This document shows positions 1 through 9,245 of a stretch of DNA of 43,553 nucleotides, piece after piece. Source of the stretch: an uncultured Myxococcales bacterium (GTDB lineage: Bacteria > Myxococcota_A > Bradymonadia > UBA7976 > UBA1532); NCBI GenBank assembly GCA_937902595.1, contig CALELH010000620.1, positions 1 through 43,553 of the forward strand, written 5' to 3'. Within the stretch, counting starts at the first letter, position 1, and every line of letters begins with the position of its first letter. Position numbers and translations under genes: made by a program. A model generated the notes under the pieces. It had not been told where the DNA came from and made no database searches. It saw only the letters and a list, made by a program, of their open reading frames with translations.

Positions 1-570
1 CATGAGCTCATGGGTGCCTTTTATGACGAGCGGGAGGATGGGGAGGTCCTCACGTATGGCGGCCAAGAAGGCCCCCATGCGGAACGCCTTAAGCTGTCCG
101 TCAACGCTCCGTGTACCCTCCGGGAAAAACAAGACGCTCGCCCCCTCCTCGACTACCCGGGACACATGCTCACCAATCTGCCTGTTCCTGTCTTTCGCGT
201 TCTTCCCTCTGTGCACCGGAATATGTCCGGCGTTTCGCAGATACCATCCACTGAAGGGCACGTTGAACAGCGTCGACTTCGCTAACCAACGAAAGTCACG
301 ATTCAGGAACGAACCAAGAACGAGGATATCCAGAGAGCTCAGATGATTCGCGACCATGATCGCTTGGCCTGTCTCTTCCAGACGTTCGCCATAGATTAGG
401 CTGAGGTTGATGTTCAACGCGTCAGACGATCCAGAACACCATCGATGCATACACCAATGGGTAAACGCCCGCATGCCAGGCAACCACCCAACGGCTGTCC
501 CCATGGTCCCATAGAAGACCGCCCGAGCGGACACCTGGCCCCAATTGTGTGCTGCACGAAGGTAATTCAC
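1..570 (-). CDS. plsC: 1-acyl-sn-glycerol-3-phosphate acyltransferase (PlsC/LPLAT family), 3' end runs off window
   Basis: Not in the ORF track. Manual translation of the reverse strand gives VANHLSSLD (NHxxxxD), FRWLAKSTLF, FFPEGTRS and LPILPLVIKGT. Open from a GTG at 570; in-frame stops lie further upstream. Confidence 0.88.
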   Translation of the reverse strand, partial: MNYLRAAHNWGQVSARAVFYGTMGTAVGWLPGMRAFTHWCMHRWCSGSSDALNINLSLIYGERLEETGQAIMVANHLSSLDILVLGSFLNRDFRWLAKSTLFNVPFSGWYLRNAGHIPVHRGKNAKDRNRQIGEHVSRVVEEGASVLFFPEGTRSVDGQLKAFRMGAFLAAIREDLPILPLVIKGTHELM

Positions 571-771
571 TTGGCCGTCCAGGAAGCTCCAGAATAGAGA
601 CGCGTATGTTTACCGAATTCATTCTGGAATCGCCAGCCAGAGCCGCCGAATCATTGTCACAGTCAAGGAATGAGGCAACGGGCGACGCGTTTGTTTGGTC
701 TATAAGGTGCGACCAGGTCGCTGAGGAGAGGTTCAGATGTTGACCATCCTTTTGGGAGGAGAGAAGGTGGA

Positions 772-2811
772 TTGGTGAAGACGCTCGGTCCGTACAAGAT
801 CCTAAAGACCATCGCCATGGGTGGAATGGGTGAGGTGTACCTGGCTGCCCTAGAGCGTCATGGGGGCTTTGAGAAGCAAGTCGCGCTCAAGTGTGTGCTG
901 CCCAAACTTATGGCAGACGCTCGGTTCCTGGAGTTCTTCGAGCGAGAAGCCCGGTTGGCCGCGGTACTCACCCACAGGAACATCGTCCCGGTCTTTGACT
1001 TTGGGCGTGACCAGGGGCGAGCTTGGTTAGCCATGGAGTACGTCCATGGAGTTGACGTTAAGGCGGTCTATGACCACGTGTGCGGACCGGTTCCAACGGG
1101 CCTCGCTCTACAGATCGCTACGTCCTGTGCGCGTGCTCTCGACTACGCACATCGCGCCCGCGACTCACGGGGGCGCGCCCTCAACATCATTCATCGCGAT
1201 GTCTCACCACAGAACATCCTCCTGTCCTTTGAAGGCGATGTAAAGTTGGCGGACTTTGGCCTCGCCCAAGCGACAGCGCGAGAAAACCAAGAAGAAGGCA
1301 CGCTTAAGGGAAAGTTCGCATACATGAGCCCCGAGCAGGCTGAGGCCAGAGCCGTCGATGGCCGCAGCGACCAGTTTAGTTTGGCCATCGTGCTCTATGA
1401 GCTGCTCAGCGGTACCCGAGCTTTCTATACGGAAGAAGGCGCCCACACGATCCTAGCGAGAGTCGCTCAGGCTAATCTCTTGGCGCCACTCTCCGAGGTG
1501 GCTCCCGGCGTCAGCCCGACCATCGCTAAGGCCGTGAATCGAGCCCTCTCGAAAGACCGACGGGATCGCTTTCCCGACGCTGGAGCTTTCGCAGATGCGC
1601 TCCAAGACGCAGCGAATCTGAGCGGCGTCACCATCGGACAGCCCGAGGTGGGCACCTGGCTTAGGTCCATGTTTCCTGAACGGTCAGCGTCCCTGCGCAT
1701 GCGAACGGAGCAGACCGTCGAGTCGACGGCCGTCGCTGCTGATCCCATTACGCTCAATCGATATGGATCAGAGCATACGGCCGTCGCTGAGTCCCCTGTC
1801 CTCTCAACCCCCTCAGTAGATATCGGTCTTGAAAACACTGCGAGCGCCGAGCATCCACGCCCAGACACCCTAGATGAGCAGACCGAGGACGCCGGGGAAC
1901 GCACCCCATCGATAGAAGCCCCAGTCACAGAGATCTCCAATTCGGACTCTCCAAAGACCAGTCCACTCAGCCGAATACTCATTCCGCTGACGCTCATCGC
2001 AGGACTCGCCATGGGCGGCGTTTGGCTTTTAGACACGCAGACCTCCGATGCACCGCCCACAGAACCGAGAGCATCTGGCACCTCCAATCAAACGAACGGC
2101 GTCGCGGTCGCTCAAATCGCGAGGGACGCCTTCACTCCCAGGGAGCAACTCAAGGACGCATCCGCGCCCGCTCAGACACTCGCTGACCAAGGGCCGGCGG
2201 CGGACGCAGTCGTGCGTACAAATGAACTAGGAGGGCGCGCTCCGGAGGCCGTCATCGGCGCAAGCCCCTCTCTGAAAACAAAGGTAAAGTCCGCCTCGAA
2301 GCGGGCGAAGAAGACGAAACCAAGGACGCGAAAGAGAGGCAGACCGCGAACCGTTCAGGCGACACCTCGCGCCAAGGCACCTCCAGTCCCAAAGCCAATT
2401 AAGGTCGACGCCGGCCTCGACTCGATCAAAGCGGCGCCTAAGACCCCGGCCATCGCGGTGATCCCACCGAGCCCCCCCCCTCTAAAGGGTCTACGCATCC
2501 GCATTGAGGAGGCGCAGGCGAAGATCCGCGGCGCCGCGCTCCGAGAGGGTTGGTATCAGATCACGAAGCGCGCCGCGCTGGCCACGATCGCGACAGGGCA
2601 AGGACCCAAGGTCAAGGTGCGCGCGGTCACGCGGAGCGGAGTCCCCTACGTAACCTTCGGTTCAACCCCCTACGGAGTTCTTTCTATCAATGGTGAAGAC
2701 AAGGGACCCATCCCTGGACCTCCAACGCGGTTGGCGACAGGGCGAATCAAAGTGGAAGTTCGAGCAAAAGATGGAAGCCGGACCCACTTCATACTCAACA
2801 TCGCCGACTGA
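772..2811 (+). CDS. Membrane Ser/Thr protein kinase (Hanks type) with Thr-rich linker, TM helix and Pro/Lys-rich external region
   Basis: IAMGGMGEVY, VALK, IHRDVSPQN, DFG, GKFAYMSPEQ; TM ILIPLTLIAGLAMGGVWLL. Start may be GTG at 775. Confidence 0.93.
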   Translation: MVKTLGPYKILKTIAMGGMGEVYLAALERHGGFEKQVALKCVLPKLMADARFLEFFEREARLAAVLTHRNIVPVFDFGRDQGRAWLAMEYVHGVDVKAVYDHVCGPVPTGLALQIATSCARALDYAHRARDSRGRALNIIHRDVSPQNILLSFEGDVKLADFGLAQATARENQEEGTLKGKFAYMSPEQAEARAVDGRSDQFSLAIVLYELLSGTRAFYTEEGAHTILARVAQANLLAPLSEVAPGVSPTIAKAVNRALSKDRRDRFPDAGAFADALQDAANLSGVTIGQPEVGTWLRSMFPERSASLRMRTEQTVESTAVAADPITLNRYGSEHTAVAESPVLSTPSVDIGLENTASAEHPRPDTLDEQTEDAGERTPSIEAPVTEISNSDSPKTSPLSRILIPLTLIAGLAMGGVWLLDTQTSDAPPTEPRASGTSNQTNGVAVAQIARDAFTPREQLKDASAPAQTLADQGPAADAVVRTNELGGRAPEAVIGASPSLKTKVKSASKRAKKTKPRTRKRGRPRTVQATPRAKAPPVPKPIKVDAGLDSIKAAPKTPAIAVIPPSPPPLKGLRIRIEEAQAKIRGAALREGWYQITKRAALATIATGQGPKVKVRAVTRSGVPYVTFGSTPYGVLSINGEDKGPIPGPPTRLATGRIKVEVRAKDGSRTHFILNIAD

Positions 2812-2918
2812 CAAGCTAGGTTGACAGTGACAAGTAAACTTTACACCGTGCCCGTATATTTCAGGACCGCGTCTTCGAGACATAGGGGGATTTGGCCCTG
2901 GCCGGCAGAAGACTCGTG

Positions 2919-2934
2919 TGGCACGAAGGTTGCG
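2919..2934 (+). promoter_or_regulatory. Putative sigma54 (-24/-12) promoter
   Basis: TGGCACGAAGGTTGCG matches TGGCAC-N5-TTGC, about 35 nt upstream of the 2968 ORF, which has a GGAGG RBS. Confidence 0.7.
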
Positions 2935-2967
2935 ATCTATACTTGAGGTACCCCTGGAGGTGAGCAC

Positions 2968-5457
2968 TTGAGATATGTCCTTACATTCGTCGTATTGGCG
3001 TTCACTTTGGCGGGATGTCCCCAGCCAAAGCAGTCAAACACGCGAGTGACACCTCCCCCAAGCGGGCAGGGACATTTCACGACTGACGATGGCGTGCGGT
3101 TGACTCTGTTTACGCCTATGGGTCGGATCAAATATGGCGAGACCAAGAGCGGAACTATCGCCGCAGGTGGCCTCACCGGGTTTGTCGTCGCGGCGAACCC
3201 TGGCGACCGCCCGGTCTTCACCCTAAGAAGCCGCAGCTCTGGCACCTTCAGCGTAACTGCATACGGCCCACGGTCTTCGACGGGCCTGTGGGGCGATCAC
3301 AGCTCAACGAAGAGCGGCGCCGCGCCCACCATATTGGAGACTTGGATGCCCACCTCTAGCGGAGATCACTTTGTTCTCCTCAGAGTGTTCGGCGCAGCGA
3401 GCGCAGACATCGAGGTCACCGTCACCTGTGAAGGCTGCGCTCCGCCTGAATGCGAGGCCCTAGACGCGTGTAACGTCTACTGCCCGGATGGCCTGGTCCA
3501 CGACGATGATGGCTGCTTAGGCTGCACATGCTCCGGCGCCACCTGTCCATCCACCGGATGTCAGGGAGACGGCCTATGTGTTTTTCCTTGTGGCCGTGGG
3601 ACCTGCCCCGATGGAGACACCTGCATCGGCGGGCAATGTGAACAGGGCAGCGAACTGTGCGGTGTCGAGCGGTGCGAGCGAGGAAAAGCATGCGTCGACG
3701 GCGAATGCAGGCCGACCGCCTTTGAATGCAAAGATCCCACGGATACCTGTCGTGAAAGATGCCCTGATGATCTACGCCCGGTCTGCGCGGTAGTGGAAGA
3801 TCGCCGTCAGACCTTTACCAATCGCTGCGAAGCAGAATGCGGAGGTGCGGAGGCGATCATGGACGGCCGGTGTGAATCTGGATGCGGGCCGATGAACCCA
3901 TGCGACGAAGGCCTTGAGTGCGTGCGCGGCCAGTGCAGACCCAGGGAGTGTGAATGCCCGAACCCAAGTGAAGACATGCGTGTCTGCGGACGGTCCGGTG
4001 CCACGCACCCATCTGCCTGCCACGCTCAATGCGCCGAGGACCCCGTCGCTTACCGTGGCGAGTGCGGAGAAAACTCATGTGAGTCGTCGGCTGATTGTCA
4101 ATTTGATCAGGCGTGCATCCCCGTGCTTCGCGGTTCGACAAACCGAGGAAGAATGTGTGATCCCGAATCTGATCCTGACTGTATTTTGCAGTGTCGACCA
4201 TTGCCGAGATGCAGCACCAACGAGCCATGTCCACGACGACAGCAGGCGTCACTGGGCTGCTATCCGGTCACCTCAGACGTCGGAATCTGCCTGCCGACCT
4301 GCAACGTCCAGGACCCGAGCGCCTGCCGCTTTGGTCATTGCGCCTCAATCTTGCACCGGCGTGGTCGTGAGGTCGCCGCGGAGGGCATCTGCCTCCCACA
4401 GTGCGAGAGTGATGAGCAATGTCCAGGAAGCCTACGATGCTTGCCTGATCTCAGCGGAACGCGAGTCTGCCAGACCTGCGCGTGCGGCAACTTCCCGAGC
4501 GAGCAGGTCTGTACGGGCCGAGGTATATTCGAGAACAGGTGTCTCGCCCTGTGCGCCGGACTAGGCAGCGAGGCCGTGTCACGGCCCATCGACCGAGAGG
4601 TCTGTGACAGCCGCGACAATGATTGCGACGGAAGGATCGACGAGGACATCGCTCGCAGAGCGTGTGGTCAAGACGTGGGAGAATGCCGAGCGGGCGTCCA
4701 AGAGTGTACGGCTGACGGAGAGTGGTCAGCCTGTGTTCGCTCCGTCGGGCCAAGAGATGAGGTATGCGACGGTCTTGATAATGATTGCGATGGACATGTG
4801 GATGAAGCCAACGATCTATGCCCAAACGGAGAGCCTTGTCCTCGACCAGACCATGTTCCTTTAGCCCGAGACTGTGGGATCGATAGCGATAATCCGCTGT
4901 GTGGCCAAGGTCGGCAAGAGTGCGTAAATGGATCCTGGAGCCAGTGTGTGAGCTTCCAAGCCCCCTCCCGTGAGATCTGCGACGAGATCGACAATGACTG
5001 CGACGGTCGCGTCGACGAGGCGGCCGACGGTAACGGCGCTGGCCCAGACAACTCGGGGTGCGGAAATCCACAGAATCCCTGTCAGGCGTGCCCCACCGAC
5101 TGGCGTCCCGTCTGCAGCCGCGACGGAACCGTCTATGCCAATGAGTGCGAGGTACGCTGCGCCGACGGGGTAGACGCGCTGCAGCCTCTCCAGCGCTGCT
5201 ATGGGCTGGCTGAAGAGCTCCCTGTGCGCTGTAGAGCCGATAATCAATGTCGCCAAATGGGTCGAGATGGTCAGCTTTGTCTCAATGTAGACGCAGGGGC
5301 GGACGCCTTCGCAGACGTGAGCGCACCGCTCTCTGAGTGGGCGGAGTGCCTCGCCAACACTGGAACATGTGCGTGCGCGGCGAATCGCTGCGGTTTCATC
5401 GCCACAGCCCAGACACGCCGCTGCCTACCCATGGCGCAAGTAGCACCAATGGACTAG
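2968..5457 (+). CDS. Cys-rich lipoprotein with antistasin-like, Kazal-like and Asp-rich (MopE-type) repeats
   Basis: Lipobox LAGC; CNVYCPDGLVHDDDGCLGCTC (antistasin-like); CPDDLRPVC..TFTNRCEAEC and CPTDWRPVC..TVYANECEVRC (Kazal-like); three E[VI]CDxxDNDCDGx[IV]DE repeats. Confidence 0.82.
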   Translation: MRYVLTFVVLAFTLAGCPQPKQSNTRVTPPPSGQGHFTTDDGVRLTLFTPMGRIKYGETKSGTIAAGGLTGFVVAANPGDRPVFTLRSRSSGTFSVTAYGPRSSTGLWGDHSSTKSGAAPTILETWMPTSSGDHFVLLRVFGAASADIEVTVTCEGCAPPECEALDACNVYCPDGLVHDDDGCLGCTCSGATCPSTGCQGDGLCVFPCGRGTCPDGDTCIGGQCEQGSELCGVERCERGKACVDGECRPTAFECKDPTDTCRERCPDDLRPVCAVVEDRRQTFTNRCEAECGGAEAIMDGRCESGCGPMNPCDEGLECVRGQCRPRECECPNPSEDMRVCGRSGATHPSACHAQCAEDPVAYRGECGENSCESSADCQFDQACIPVLRGSTNRGRMCDPESDPDCILQCRPLPRCSTNEPCPRRQQASLGCYPVTSDVGICLPTCNVQDPSACRFGHCASILHRRGREVAAEGICLPQCESDEQCPGSLRCLPDLSGTRVCQTCACGNFPSEQVCTGRGIFENRCLALCAGLGSEAVSRPIDREVCDSRDNDCDGRIDEDIARRACGQDVGECRAGVQECTADGEWSACVRSVGPRDEVCDGLDNDCDGHVDEANDLCPNGEPCPRPDHVPLARDCGIDSDNPLCGQGRQECVNGSWSQCVSFQAPSREICDEIDNDCDGRVDEAADGNGAGPDNSGCGNPQNPCQACPTDWRPVCSRDGTVYANECEVRCADGVDALQPLQRCYGLAEELPVRCRADNQCRQMGRDGQLCLNVDAGADAFADVSAPLSEWAECLANTGTCACAANRCGFIATAQTRRCLPMAQVAPMD

Positions 5458-5463
5458 GTCCTC

Positions 5464-6336
5464 TTAGACCTCTAATACGGTGTTGTCGATCAAGCGCGTC
5501 GCTCCAAAGCGGACAGCTAAGGCGATGAGCGCGTCTCCAGCGCAGTCGACCTCAATGGGCTCGAGGGACACCGCATCGACCACCTGAATATAGTCAATCT
5601 CGGCGCTGGGGCGGGTCTTGATGACGTCGGCGACGGCCTGCCTTAGAGTCCCAGCGCTGCGCTCCCCTTTCTGCCAAGCTGATCGAGCCTGAGCTAACCC
5701 TTCGGAGAGCGAGAGAGCCTCCCGCCGGTGCTCCTTGCTCAAATAAGCGTTACGACTGCTGAGCGCGAGTCCGTCTGACTCTCGGACGATGGGACCCGCG
5801 AGGATCTCCACCGGGATATCCAGGTCCTGGACCATCCGCCTAATGATGGCGAGCTGCTGGTAATCTTTTTGGCCGAAGACCGCGAGGTCGCACCCCACGA
5901 TATTGAGCAGCTTCGCGACGACCGTACAGACTCCACTGAAGTGGCTCGGGCGACTCTCACCGCAGAGACCCTTGGCGAGAGCGCCGGCATGAATGCTCGT
6001 TTGAGCATCTTCGGAATACATCTCCGATACCGACGGTAAGAAGACCGCGGCACACCCTGCGCTGCGTGCCTTCCTTAGATCACCCTCTATATCTCTTGGG
6101 TACGCGTCTAGGTCCTCGTTTGGTGCGAACTGAGTGGGGTTCACAAAGATGCTCGCTAAGACGACCTCGGACCGCTCCGTCGCCATCCTGATCAGGCTCA
6201 GATGACCTTCATGGAGATATCCCATGGTCGGAACAAACCCAATGGTATGGCCTGCCGCTCTTTGAGCCTGGCGCCAAACCTTGACGTCGGCCTTGGTCTC
6301 CAAGACAAGCAGGCCATCTGGAATGCGAACAGTCAC
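5464..6336 (-). CDS. panC: Pantoate--beta-alanine ligase
   Basis: FVPTMGYLHEGH, SIFVNPTQF, FGQKDYQQ, RESDGLALSSRN; adjacent to panB. Confidence 0.97.
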   Translation of the reverse strand: MTVRIPDGLLVLETKADVKVWRQAQRAAGHTIGFVPTMGYLHEGHLSLIRMATERSEVVLASIFVNPTQFAPNEDLDAYPRDIEGDLRKARSAGCAAVFLPSVSEMYSEDAQTSIHAGALAKGLCGESRPSHFSGVCTVVAKLLNIVGCDLAVFGQKDYQQLAIIRRMVQDLDIPVEILAGPIVRESDGLALSSRNAYLSKEHRREALSLSEGLAQARSAWQKGERSAGTLRQAVADVIKTRPSAEIDYIQVVDAVSLEPIEVDCAGDALIALAVRFGATRLIDNTVLEV

Positions 6337-6347
6337 AAGGATCTATC

Positions 6348-7148
6348 TTAGTGATGGCTGTGGGCGAGGCTGGGAAAAGATCCCTCACGGACCTCGTCAG
6401 CGTACTCATTGAGTGCACCGACGACCGCGTCATTGAGGTTCACATACTTCTTTAGAAACTTTGGATTAAAGCGCTCATCCAGCCCAAGCAGATCGTAGAG
6501 GACAAGCACCTGGCCACTGCAGGCGCCGCCAGCACCGATCCCGATCGTGGGGATCTCTAGGCCCTCGGTGACTTCTGCAGCCAGTGTGGCAGGGATCCCC
6601 TCCAAGACGACCGCATAGGCGCCCGCCTCCTGAAGAGCGTGAGCGTCTTGCTTAAGTCGCTCAGCTGCGTTGAGGGTTCGGCCCTGGATTCGATAGCCGC
6701 CAAACTGATGTACGGACTGCGGTGTGAGGCCGAGATGCCCCATCACAGGTATACCGGCTCGAGTCATACGCGCCACCAGCTCGGCGTATTGCAGACCGCC
6801 CTCTAGTTTGACCGCCTGAACGCCGCCTTCCTTCATTAGACGCGCCGCGTTCGCGAGCGCCTCATCTTCGCTTCCTTGATAGGTCCCAAAGGGGAGGTCA
6901 CCGACCAAATGTGCTTTCGATGATCCACGCGCGACGGCTCTACAATGGTAGATCACCTCGTCTAGGGTCACAGGAAGGGTGTGCTCATGTCCCTGGATCA
7001 CCATACCCAGGGAGTCGCCGATCAAGATCGCGTCGACCGCGGACTGATCGACCAGTCGCGCAAAGGTCGCGTCATAGCAGGTCACCATGACCAACTTACG
7101 CTCCTGCTCGCGCCAATTGCGGATCTGTCGAGTTGTTACTCTGCTCAT
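6348..7148 (-). CDS. panB: 3-methyl-2-oxobutanoate hydroxymethyltransferase
   Basis: TCYD, LIGDSLGMV, AVKLEGG, GHLGLTPQSV, IPTIGIGAG, GQVLV. Confidence 0.97.
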   Translation of the reverse strand: MSRVTTRQIRNWREQERKLVMVTCYDATFARLVDQSAVDAILIGDSLGMVIQGHEHTLPVTLDEVIYHCRAVARGSSKAHLVGDLPFGTYQGSEDEALANAARLMKEGGVQAVKLEGGLQYAELVARMTRAGIPVMGHLGLTPQSVHQFGGYRIQGRTLNAAERLKQDAHALQEAGAYAVVLEGIPATLAAEVTEGLEIPTIGIGAGGACSGQVLVLYDLLGLDERFNPKFLKKYVNLNDAVVGALNEYADEVREGSFPSLAHSHH

Positions 7149-7367
7149 CGTGCTCCCTCTCGTCCCGGGCTCACATGGCTCCAGGCAATCAGGTTATAGG
7201 TGCAACTGCCAACCAGTGATCCGAATGCACCCCCTCTACTGAGGTGGACGCTTCGACCTGCTGCCCATATGGGGAGAGGCAATCTAGTTAAACGTACCGC
7301 GATTCCAACGATGAACCAAACTCATCGGTATTCTCGCGTCCGCCGAGAAGCCGCGTATACTTCAGTG

Positions 7368-7745
7368 ATGAGGTATTATGCAATCTTTCTATTGCTTGGA
7401 TTGGTCTCGTCGTGTGGTGGTCGGCAGATGGCGCATCCCCGAAGCGCAGCGCTTTTGGACTCTGGAGAGGGCGTATTTACCATGCGTTACAATCCATCGG
7501 AGAGCCTCGCTGACCGACCGGAACTCGCCGCGGAGATCAGCTTTGGCGATCGATGGGAGCGCGTCTCTATCGAGGACGCATCCGAGAGTGGAACTCTCTC
7601 CCAACAGCTCCTGCAGAGTATGAGTGAAGCGCCGGGCAGAGCTGTTCGAGTGCGCGGGGACCTGCTGACGCGGCAGGTCCGCTGGGGACAAGGCCACTCC
7701 AGCCGCGTCTTGATCATCTTAGAGCTCACGCCACCGGAAGAGTGA
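7368..7745 (+). CDS. Small hypothetical lipoprotein
   Basis: Within ORF 7200-7745; the ATG at 7368 gives signal MRYYAIFLLLGLVSSC with a lipobox-like Cys. Confidence 0.6.
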   Translation: MRYYAIFLLLGLVSSCGGRQMAHPRSAALLDSGEGVFTMRYNPSESLADRPELAAEISFGDRWERVSIEDASESGTLSQQLLQSMSEAPGRAVRVRGDLLTRQVRWGQGHSSRVLIILELTPPEE

Positions 7746-7890
7746 GACGTAAGGTCAGCTCACCGCTACAGAGACCTCTCTGAAAGACTCGAAGCGGACC
7801 GCCTCAAAGAACTGAACACACGCATCTTGAATTTAGCGTCCGCTTGGTGGAATCATTCGCCGAGAATTTCTACTCAATGAGAAGGTAAAC

Positions 7891-8502
7891 ATGTCTGATA
7901 AGACCCATCCCCTCGACCAGCTCGGGCAGGCAAACGAAGAATCATATCACCGCAGCCAAGACGCAGCCCTGATCGATGAGCTCCGCAAGCGGCTTCAGAA
8001 TGAAGCGCAGGTCGAGTCCATCAAGGCGGAGACCGGCGTCGCCGATGACGCCGTACTCGCTCGACTCGCAGAGCTGGGAATCACCTCTGAGATGGTCCCC
8101 GTACTGCATTTGGTCCCGCTCTTTGATGTCGCCTGGGCTGATGGAGAAGTTCAGGACGGCGAGCGCGTCCTGTTGAATGAGGCCGCAACGGCAACGGGCA
8201 TCACTGAAGGCCCAGCGAGGGCGTTGTTCGAAAAAATGCTCTCGGAGCCACCCGACGCAAAGCTCGTCGCGGCGTCAATGGCGTTCATATCTAGCCTCCT
8301 GCATGTCCTCCCGGAGGGCGAGGCAGAGGCCGCTAAGAACAACCTCATTGACCTATCTCTCCGCGTCGCAGACGCCTGTGGTGGCGTGTTCGGGCTTTGG
8401 GGACGTATCGAAGAGAGTGAGCGGTCAGCGCTTAACCGGGTCGCTGAGCGCCTCTCTGCTGGGCACCCTGACGCGGCCAAATCTCTACTCGATCGACTCT
8501 AA
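7891..8502 (+). CDS. TerB-like (tellurite resistance fold) protein
   Basis: VAWADGEVQDGERVLL and a second VADACGG..IEESERSAL motif typical of TerB; GAAGG RBS-like sequence upstream. Confidence 0.7.
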   Translation: MSDKTHPLDQLGQANEESYHRSQDAALIDELRKRLQNEAQVESIKAETGVADDAVLARLAELGITSEMVPVLHLVPLFDVAWADGEVQDGERVLLNEAATATGITEGPARALFEKMLSEPPDAKLVAASMAFISSLLHVLPEGEAEAAKNNLIDLSLRVADACGGVFGLWGRIEESERSALNRVAERLSAGHPDAAKSLLDRL

Positions 8503-8507
8503 GACCG

Positions 8508-9245
8508 ATGCGATCAGGCCGAGAGTTCGCCCGGTCGCGAGGCGTCACCGTTAAACGTGGTGAGCGGGTCTCGCGCTTCGGTGATGGATGGCTCATCGCC
8601 GACCGGGCTGGATTCAAACCATGTCCATGGGCATTTGAGGTCGCGGAGTTCTCGCCGGCCGCTCAGGCCGATCGTGTCCTCGATTTGGGCACAGGGACCG
8701 GCGCCTTGCTGGTGGCCCTGAACCAAGTGTATCCATCTCTGGGCGAGTGCGTTGGCCTCGAGCTAGACCCAAACACCGCGGACCAAGCTCAGCGAAACCT
8801 CACCCTCCTCGGCGTGGATGACTTCACAGTAGAAGTCTGCGATCTCAGAGTGGCCTCAAGCACCCAAGGGTTCGATCTCGTGGTCGCGAATCCCCCATTC
8901 TATCCAAGTGGCTGGGGCCGAGTGAGCGAAGACAGCGCGAAGGCCCGGGCGACCCACGCACTCTATGGAGACGTCAATGACTTCGCTGAGGTCGCTGCGC
9001 GCTCGGTAAAGCCCGATGGAAACGTGGTCTTCGTCTTCGATGGCGGTCGCGTCCGAGATGTCCTGGTGGCCTTCTCTCGAGCGCGCTTGGTGACACACGC
9101 GATTCGCTTCTTGGAGGATGACCGAGGTCAGTATGCTCGAGTGCTGGTCCTGGGTGGGCCCACAGGTGATGGAGTGATGGTTGAACGACGTGCGTATACG
9201 GATCAAATAGTCGCCGCGGCCAAGGACAGGCCCGGGCAAGATTAG
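8508..9245 (+). CDS. SAM-dependent N-methyltransferase, tRNA1(Val) A37 N6-methylase (TrmN6/YfiC)-like
   Basis: VLDLGTGTG motif I, DLVVANPPFY, ARATH resembling the ARHE motif of the family. Confidence 0.72.
   Translation: MRSGREFARSRGVTVKRGERVSRFGDGWLIADRAGFKPCPWAFEVAEFSPAAQADRVLDLGTGTGALLVALNQVYPSLGECVGLELDPNTADQAQRNLTLLGVDDFTVEVCDLRVASSTQGFDLVVANPPFYPSGWGRVSEDSAKARATHALYGDVNDFAEVAARSVKPDGNVVFVFDGGRVRDVLVAFSRARLVTHAIRFLEDDRGQYARVLVLGGPTGDGVMVERRAYTDQIVAAAKDRPGQD

Noticed and set aside
2-346. Plus-strand ORFs 2-346 and 10-285
   Set aside because: Antisense shadows of the plsC-like gene, which has clear motifs on the minus strand.
2821-2850. Perfect TTGACA as a sigma70 -35 element
   Set aside because: No acceptable -10 hexamer at 16-18 bp spacing; the sigma54 motif is a better explanation.
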